Positions 58,265 to 64,000 of a DNA stretch of 64,000 nucleotides are shown here, piece after piece (position 1 is the stretch's first letter; each line of letters opens with the position of its first letter). Below the pieces are notes generated by a model. It did no database searches, was not told where the DNA came from, and worked only from the letters and a program-made list of their open reading frames with translations. Made by a program: the position numbers and the translations under genes. The stretch is taken from contig JBHLOY010000003.1 of the NCBI GenBank assembly GCA_048939995.1, positions 384,001 to 448,000 of the forward strand. The letters are read 5' to 3'. The DNA comes from Promethearchaeota archaeon. Its GTDB lineage: Archaea > Asgardarchaeota > Lokiarchaeia > Sigyniarchaeales > SOKP01.

Positions 58265-59497
58265 ATGGCTTTAGCTGGTGAAAAAGTAGGAATTCCCTCT
58301 GCTGATGAGGCTCCCATGATCGTTATGGCTCGATTTAAGCAACCATTAGCAGGAATTTTATCAATATTGCTTGTATTTGTTATTGCTTGGGTTACATGGT
58401 TAATTTTTTTTGACCCTCGTTTACATCCAACTGAGAGTTGGGCAATCATGGGTTATACTGCTTGGGCAACTGTCATTGGTGGTTTTGGATTAATTGGAGT
58501 AGTGTGGGCAATATGGTTTGAGAATTGGCCTTATTATAATTGGTTCAAAACTCCTTGGAAAGTAGGATTAGTAGGTACTGCAATTAACGCGGGTATTATT
58601 ATCTTGTTTACCTTTATCTTGCTTCCGACGTTTAATATATTTTATGGAAGTGAAACGACAAATCCTTCGCCAATAATTAATATATATATAAGCTGGTTTT
58701 TAGGAGCATCCATCTTTGGAGCATTGAGTGGTTCTTGCTTTTCTTTTGCTGTTTTATGGGTAGCTGGGACAATGTATTGGCCATTCTTTAAAATAAAGCA
58801 ACCTAAACGTGGAATAATCGTGTGGTTAATTGGAAATGCTATAACTACGGTTATTTGGCTTATATTGTTCCTTCCAACGGGTGTACGTACAACTAGTTCT
58901 GAAGCTGGAGCTGTTGTAGACGTCTACCATTTTCCTAGTTATGCGTTCTCACTTGGATGGACTCAGTGGATAATATTTTTCTCACTTCTCACCCTTATGG
59001 TATTTGAATATTGGCCATGGAGTAAGTTAGGTAGGAAGCAGCCCTTTATAGGAATAATTGCGTTTGTTTCGTGTGTTTTATTGGGGCTATTAATTTCTGT
59101 ATATTTCCCATACGTCGCAGGTTTTCTTTTCGATCCTTTTTTTCAGGCAATCGGTGGAGATCCTATTGATTCTGTAACTCAATTTAAAGGGTGGTACATG
59201 ATGAGTATTACCTATGCAATATTTCTGATATGCGCTGTTGTATTAGTATCGTTATTCTTTGATAATTGGCCAAAAAAATATGCGCAATGGAAGAATTTTC
59301 TTTTCAGATTTTTACTTGTTATAGCTATTGGAACGGCAACTTTTTTTGGTTATTACTTATTATCCCCAGTTTTGTTTGGTGATGATACAAATTACTGGAG
59401 AATGAATCCAACTCCTTTTACGTTATGGTTTTTATGGATTGAAATTTTATTTGCCTATGTCTGGAGAAAGTGGCCGATTTATAGAGCAGTAGGGTGA
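58265..59497 (+). CDS. Polytopic membrane protein with five internal WP repeats (putative transporter)
   Basis: About 10 TM helices; FENWP, MYWP, FEYWP, FDNWP, RKWP; first gene of the operon. Confidence 0.7.
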   Translation: MALAGEKVGIPSADEAPMIVMARFKQPLAGILSILLVFVIAWVTWLIFFDPRLHPTESWAIMGYTAWATVIGGFGLIGVVWAIWFENWPYYNWFKTPWKVGLVGTAINAGIIILFTFILLPTFNIFYGSETTNPSPIINIYISWFLGASIFGALSGSCFSFAVLWVAGTMYWPFFKIKQPKRGIIVWLIGNAITTVIWLILFLPTGVRTTSSEAGAVVDVYHFPSYAFSLGWTQWIIFFSLLTLMVFEYWPWSKLGRKQPFIGIIAFVSCVLLGLLISVYFPYVAGFLFDPFFQAIGGDPIDSVTQFKGWYMMSITYAIFLICAVVLVSLFFDNWPKKYAQWKNFLFRFLLVIAIGTATFFGYYLLSPVLFGDDTNYWRMNPTPFTLWFLWIEILFAYVWRKWPIYRAVG

Positions 59498-59505
59498 GAT
59501 TCTAA

Positions 59506-61056
59506 TTGGTTAGAGTAGAAAACAAAATAATTCCCGATGAATTCAGTTGGATTGGTGATTGGGCCAAACGACGTGCCACTTTGACCCCAAATCGGCATGC
59601 AATTGTTGATAATATTGATAAAAACCTCTATACATATCAAGATCTTAATTTAAGAGCAAATAAACTCGCTAGAGTACTGTTGAATGAAGGAATCTCTAAA
59701 GGAGATCGTGTAGCAATGTTTTCTACTAACAGAATTGAATGTATCGATCTTTTTTTAGCTACAGGGAAAATAGGAGCAATCCTAGTTCCGTTTAATATAA
59801 GGTTATCACTCCAAGAACTTGAATACTTATTAAAAAAGATTAAACCGTTAATTTTTTTCTATGAACCTAAATTTGAAGAAATAGTCAATCAAATTAAACA
59901 AAAAGCTGTAATTCGAAAATGTGTTGTAATGGGGAACGGAACTAGTTTAAATGATCCTTCTACCATTTCTTTAACAAAAAAAGTTTCAAAATTAGAAATT
60001 GATCGGCCTATTGTAAATTTTGAAGATCCACACCTCATATTATTTACAGGTGGTACAACTGGACTTCCTAAAGGGGCTGTACTTTCTCATAGATTAATCT
60101 TTTGGAATTCTGTGAACACTATAATATCTTGGAGTTTAAATTCCGATGATATTCAACCGTTATTATTTCCACTCTTTCACACTGGAGGGTGGAATGTTCT
60201 TCTAGTTCCATTTTACCATCTTGGAGCAAAGACCATATTAATGGGAGACTTCAACCCGGAAGAGACAATTAACATCATAGAAAAAGAAAATTGCAGTATT
60301 GTTATAGGAGTTCCAACTATGTTTCATATGATGGCAAATTCACTACTTTTCGAGAAAACCAATTTTAAGTCTGTTAGAATATTCATCTCAGGAGGAGCTC
60401 CATGTCCCGTAGCGATAATGGAGAGATACTGGGCGAAAAATAAGTTATTTAAGATGGGTTATGGTCTAACTGAAGTCGGTCCTAATAATTTCTATCTTCC
60501 TGAAGAAATAATTAAACAAAAGCCCACTTCAGTAGGTTTACCTGTATTTCATTGTGACATGAAAATAATCAATACAAAAACGGACAAGATTGTGAACCAA
60601 GGAGAAGTCGGAGAACTCATGCTCAAAGGACCCCATATTTTTTCAGGATACTGGGATGAACCAGAAGAAACTAAAAAGACTATTGGGCCAGATGGATGGG
60701 TTCATACGGGAGATTTAGCGATGCAAGATGACGAAGGTTTTTATTATATTGTAGGTCGCAGGAAAGAAATGTATATTAGTGGAGGAGAAAACGTATATCC
60801 TGTAGAAATCGAGGAATTATTATTCAAACATCCCGCTATTGATCTAGCTGCTGTTATAGGAGTATCTGATGAGAAATGGGGCGAAGTTGGAAAAGCATTT
60901 TTAACCTTAAAACCAGATCATAAAGTTACTGTTGATGAAATTCGGAATTATTTGACAGAACGATTAGCAAAATATAAAATCCCTAAATATTTCGAGATAC
61001 GGGATTCTTTACCGACAAGTGCAACTGGAAAGATCTTAAAACGTGAATTAGAATAG
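59506..61056 (+). CDS. Long-chain acyl-CoA synthetase (AMP-forming)
   Basis: FTGGTTGLPKG, GYGLTE, HTGD, SGGENVYP, GKILK. Confidence 0.92.
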   Translation: MVRVENKIIPDEFSWIGDWAKRRATLTPNRHAIVDNIDKNLYTYQDLNLRANKLARVLLNEGISKGDRVAMFSTNRIECIDLFLATGKIGAILVPFNIRLSLQELEYLLKKIKPLIFFYEPKFEEIVNQIKQKAVIRKCVVMGNGTSLNDPSTISLTKKVSKLEIDRPIVNFEDPHLILFTGGTTGLPKGAVLSHRLIFWNSVNTIISWSLNSDDIQPLLFPLFHTGGWNVLLVPFYHLGAKTILMGDFNPEETINIIEKENCSIVIGVPTMFHMMANSLLFEKTNFKSVRIFISGGAPCPVAIMERYWAKNKLFKMGYGLTEVGPNNFYLPEEIIKQKPTSVGLPVFHCDMKIINTKTDKIVNQGEVGELMLKGPHIFSGYWDEPEETKKTIGPDGWVHTGDLAMQDDEGFYYIVGRRKEMYISGGENVYPVEIEELLFKHPAIDLAAVIGVSDEKWGEVGKAFLTLKPDHKVTVDEIRNYLTERLAKYKIPKYFEIRDSLPTSATGKILKRELE

Positions 61057-61064
61057 GTGAGAAT

Positions 61065-62093
61065 ATGAAGTATCGTTCTGTTGGCTTGGAATCATGGGGG
61101 ATTTATCTTCCAAAAGAGAGACACTCAAGCTATCTGATATCAGAAGAGACTGGGATTCCTAAAGATGTCATTGAGGAGAAGTTCGGATTGAAAAGTAAAA
61201 CAGTTCCTGGAAAAGAAGATCACACGGTTGCAATGGGTGCAAAAGCAAGTTTTCAAGCTCTTGAACGAGCAAAAATTGCCCCTAATGATCTTGATCTGAT
61301 TATTTGGGCTGGAGAAGTCTATGCAGAAAGACCAATGATGACATACGGGATAAAACTGCAGCAATTATTGGGAAATCCAACACATCCATGGGCGTTTGAT
61401 ATCAATCAAAGATGTGGTACATTTTTGGTTGGAATGCTGTTAGCCAAAAGTCTAATTCAAACAAACGCTGAAATAAATAAAGTATTGGTTGCCAGTGGGT
61501 ACAGAAATTCTGATCTGATTAATTATAAGAATCAAAGATCTCGCTTTATGATAAGTTTGGCAGCGAGTGGTGCTGCAGCTGTTATCAAAGGTGATTCTAA
61601 AAAGAATGAAATTTTAGGAATATCTGCTATATCAGATGGTAGATTTGCCGATGATGTATATGTACCGGCTGGTGGAACCATACAGCCAATTTCTCCTAAG
61701 GCTATTGAAGAAGAGTTAGTCTATTTGGATGTTCCCGATCCAGAAGGGTTGAAAGAAAGATTAGATCAATTTTCTATGGATTCTTTTATTAGGGTAATTG
61801 ATGATGCTTTATTCAAATCTGGTTATAAAAGAGAGGATGTTGATTACTTAGCTCTTTTACATATGAAAAGAAGCGCCTTTGAATATGTTGCTAACACAGT
61901 GGGAGTTGATCCTTATAAGCAAGCTACCTATTTTGAGGATATCGGGCATAATGGGCAAAATGATGGTATAATTTCTTTAGAGTACGGAGTTAAAAGTGGA
62001 AAAATTAAAGATGGAGATATAGTGGTACTTACAGCTGCAGGGATTGGATGGGCATGGAATGCTGGAGTAATTAAATGGGGCCCAATAAAATAA
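61065..62093 (+). CDS. 3-oxoacyl synthase III (FabH-like) condensing enzyme
   Basis: Catalytic Cys in QRCG, LHMK, GHNG, AAGIG.AW. Confidence 0.88.
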   Translation: MKYRSVGLESWGIYLPKERHSSYLISEETGIPKDVIEEKFGLKSKTVPGKEDHTVAMGAKASFQALERAKIAPNDLDLIIWAGEVYAERPMMTYGIKLQQLLGNPTHPWAFDINQRCGTFLVGMLLAKSLIQTNAEINKVLVASGYRNSDLINYKNQRSRFMISLAASGAAAVIKGDSKKNEILGISAISDGRFADDVYVPAGGTIQPISPKAIEEELVYLDVPDPEGLKERLDQFSMDSFIRVIDDALFKSGYKREDVDYLALLHMKRSAFEYVANTVGVDPYKQATYFEDIGHNGQNDGIISLEYGVKSGKIKDGDIVVLTAAGIGWAWNAGVIKWGPIK

Positions 62094-62114
62094 AATTTTA
62101 TAATTCTTTTTTTC

Positions 62115-62891
62115 TTATTTTTTCCAAAAATTTAATGTGAGGTCATTAAATTCTTTAGGATGATCTAATATAGTTAAATGGCCGGCATCTGGCATGATTA
62201 TTAATTCTGATTGAGGAAGCCATTCGTGAATCATTTCACTGGCCCATACAGGTGTAGTAATATCTTTTTTACCTACCAAAACTAAAATTGGAATTTGAAG
62301 ATTTTTTAGATGCTCACAAATATTGAAACCTGCAGAAGCGGCAGTTGCTTGAAGACAATCTTTTTTTGTCATATGGTCTGTCACTAATTTAGCCACAAAT
62401 TCAGCCACCTCTTGATTATAAGGGAGTAAACCCCTTACACTAATGCCAATAGCAAATCTTTCTAATTTACTGCTATTAACTCTTCCCAATACATCAGTAA
62501 TTGCTTCTTGGCTGATAAAACAAAAGCTATCTGCCACTACCATCTTTTTAACATGAGAAGGATTTTCAAGACCGTAAACTAAAGCAATCATACCCCCTAG
62601 AGAGTGTCCCACTAAATACAAATCTTGAGTCCATCCAATATGACTTAATAAGGATGTCATATCATCAACATAATTCCGAATGGTAAAGCGTTTTTTTGGT
62701 TTTGTAGATCTTCCATGGCCACGAAGATCGAATCTAAGTATATTAAATATATTTTCAAATTCGGAAAGTTGATATTTCCAACAATCACTGTTCAAGAAGA
62801 GGCCATGTAATAAGACCATTTTAGGCCCATCAGCTTTCCCACTGATAATATAGGCAATATCGATGCCTTTTTCGGGAGAGAAGTATTCCAT
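62115..62891 (-). CDS. Alpha/beta hydrolase
   Basis: LLHG, DLRGHG, GHSLGG, D..TP, AGH. Confidence 0.92.
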   Translation of the reverse strand: MEYFSPEKGIDIAYIISGKADGPKMVLLHGLFLNSDCWKYQLSEFENIFNILRFDLRGHGRSTKPKKRFTIRNYVDDMTSLLSHIGWTQDLYLVGHSLGGMIALVYGLENPSHVKKMVVADSFCFISQEAITDVLGRVNSSKLERFAIGISVRGLLPYNQEVAEFVAKLVTDHMTKKDCLQATAASAGFNICEHLKNLQIPILVLVGKKDITTPVWASEMIHEWLPQSELIIMPDAGHLTILDHPKEFNDLTLNFWKK

Positions 62892-63083
62892 TGTTTTAAA
62901 TCTCGTTAATATTTAAATTCATTTATAAATAATTCTAATAACATATTGTATTATTTATATCTAATTCTAAGCTTTTAGGGAAAGTTTAATCTATTAAAGA
63001 AATGTTTATATAGAAAATTAATAAATTATAGATTAAATCTTAATCTTAAATCTTAATTAAAAAATTATTATAAAGGGTTAAAA

Positions 63084-63926
63084 ATGAAAAAAACAAAATT
63101 GTCAATTTTAGCCGTAATTTCCTTAGCTTTGACTCTTTCATTTGTTCCCTCTGTAGTTCCTCAAGTTGGTACATATACATTTCATGGATCAGCAGGAAAT
63201 GTTAAAATCTTGAAAGTCAATACGGTAAATAATGCTAGTTTGGCAAGTTTATTTGGAGATCCAACATGGCTTAGTGTTATTGGAGTTTTTGGGGCAGGTG
63301 CTGTTAATGTAGGTGCTAGATCAAAATCTTTAGTAACTGCTGTTAATTTTAGTGCAATCTATGATTCTGTATTTTATGGAGTATATGACGTAACTACATA
63401 TAACACAAGTAATTGGGAATTTACAACTGGAGCATTCAATGCTACACCTGATTCTGTAGGAGATATTGTAACTAGCTTTTATGATCCGACCAATTTATCT
63501 TATTTTATACACACATTATGGGGCGGATTCCCATATTTTGTCAATGTAAATATTTCTCTACACACTGCTGGTGCTTATCTTGCACAACTTCCAACTCCAG
63601 TAGAACAATATTTAGGTGCTTTAATTTGGGAACCCAAATGGGAAAATATAGGAAATACTATTGTTCACCATGCAGAAGCACTTGATACCGCATTTTATTA
63701 TGGATTCACTTATTTAGAAAATTGTACTGAAATATGGACCTATGATACAACATATGGAGCATGGATTGGCTATAAGATCCTAGATTATGCTGATAATGTA
63801 ATTTATGAATTCTCAATTGAGTTAGCAATTCCGGGTATTCCTGGTTTTGAACTTCCAATCTTTTTAGGGATTACAGGTATAACTTCCGTAGGAATAATTT
63901 ATGTTGTAATGAAAAAGAAAAAATAA
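63084..63926 (+). CDS. Secreted surface protein with a PGF-CTERM-like sorting signal
   Basis: Signal peptide; several N-x-S/T sequons; C-terminal IPGF, TM helix, then KKKK. Confidence 0.82.
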   Translation: MKKTKLSILAVISLALTLSFVPSVVPQVGTYTFHGSAGNVKILKVNTVNNASLASLFGDPTWLSVIGVFGAGAVNVGARSKSLVTAVNFSAIYDSVFYGVYDVTTYNTSNWEFTTGAFNATPDSVGDIVTSFYDPTNLSYFIHTLWGGFPYFVNVNISLHTAGAYLAQLPTPVEQYLGALIWEPKWENIGNTIVHHAEALDTAFYYGFTYLENCTEIWTYDTTYGAWIGYKILDYADNVIYEFSIELAIPGIPGFELPIFLGITGITSVGIIYVVMKKKK

Positions 63927-64000
63927 CATTAAAATTCCTTTTTTTTTTAAATTTTATTTGTAAGAAAATTAGTTTCTTCAAATTTTTGATTACAAATAAT

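Noticed and set aside
487-61364. Short ORFs in the track that overlap real genes (e.g. 487, 1441, 3144, 3426, 4911, 5228, 6523, 6757, 9364, 20668, 24744, 29479, 29953, 31404, 35276, 39479, 41200, 47768, 54026, 54889, 57751, 61140)
   Set aside because: Antisense or alternate-frame shadows of well-supported CDSs, with no motifs of their own.
1-64000. CRISPR arrays, rRNA genes, intact transposases or integrases
   Set aside because: No regularly spaced repeats, rRNA-like GC-rich stretches or recombinase motifs were seen.

Overview
AT-rich archaeal chromosomal segment, almost certainly from a Lokiarchaeia (Asgard) genome. The assignment rests on a roadblock-Rab-like GTPase fusion, two 7TM-longin proteins, a gelsolin-like protein, a TPR protein, Nre with a PIP box, a PGF-CTERM-like surface protein and GGTGA-type Shine-Dalgarno (SD) sites. 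Ordinary content: GH38 mannosidase (cut by the window edge), two orphan DNA methyltransferases, tRNA-Leu(CAG), a P1B heavy-metal ATPase, a tupABC-moaCADE-moeA-moaB-moeA tungstate/pterin-cofactor cluster, a MoxR-VWA pair, corA, an MscS pair, ABC exporters, valS and an acyl-CoA ligase/KAS-III operon. The strongest unexplained signals involve translational recoding. (1) The gene at 6231-7160 (-) looks like a new selenoprotein: a strong SD, an ATA start, an in-frame TGA at codon 14 and a eukaryote-type AUGA/GA SECIS hairpin just after its stop. (2) A candidate -1 programmed frameshift (G_GAT_TTT, 6-nt spacer, stem-loop) would fuse MoxR to VWA. (3) The P1B ATPase probably starts at ATT. Other signals: two ModE-type operators in the Mo/W cluster, two unannotated paralogous microproteins, and three diverged gene-end duplications, two of them flanking cargo DNA (one flanks valS). 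All calls come from reading the sequence; no searches or folding programs were run.
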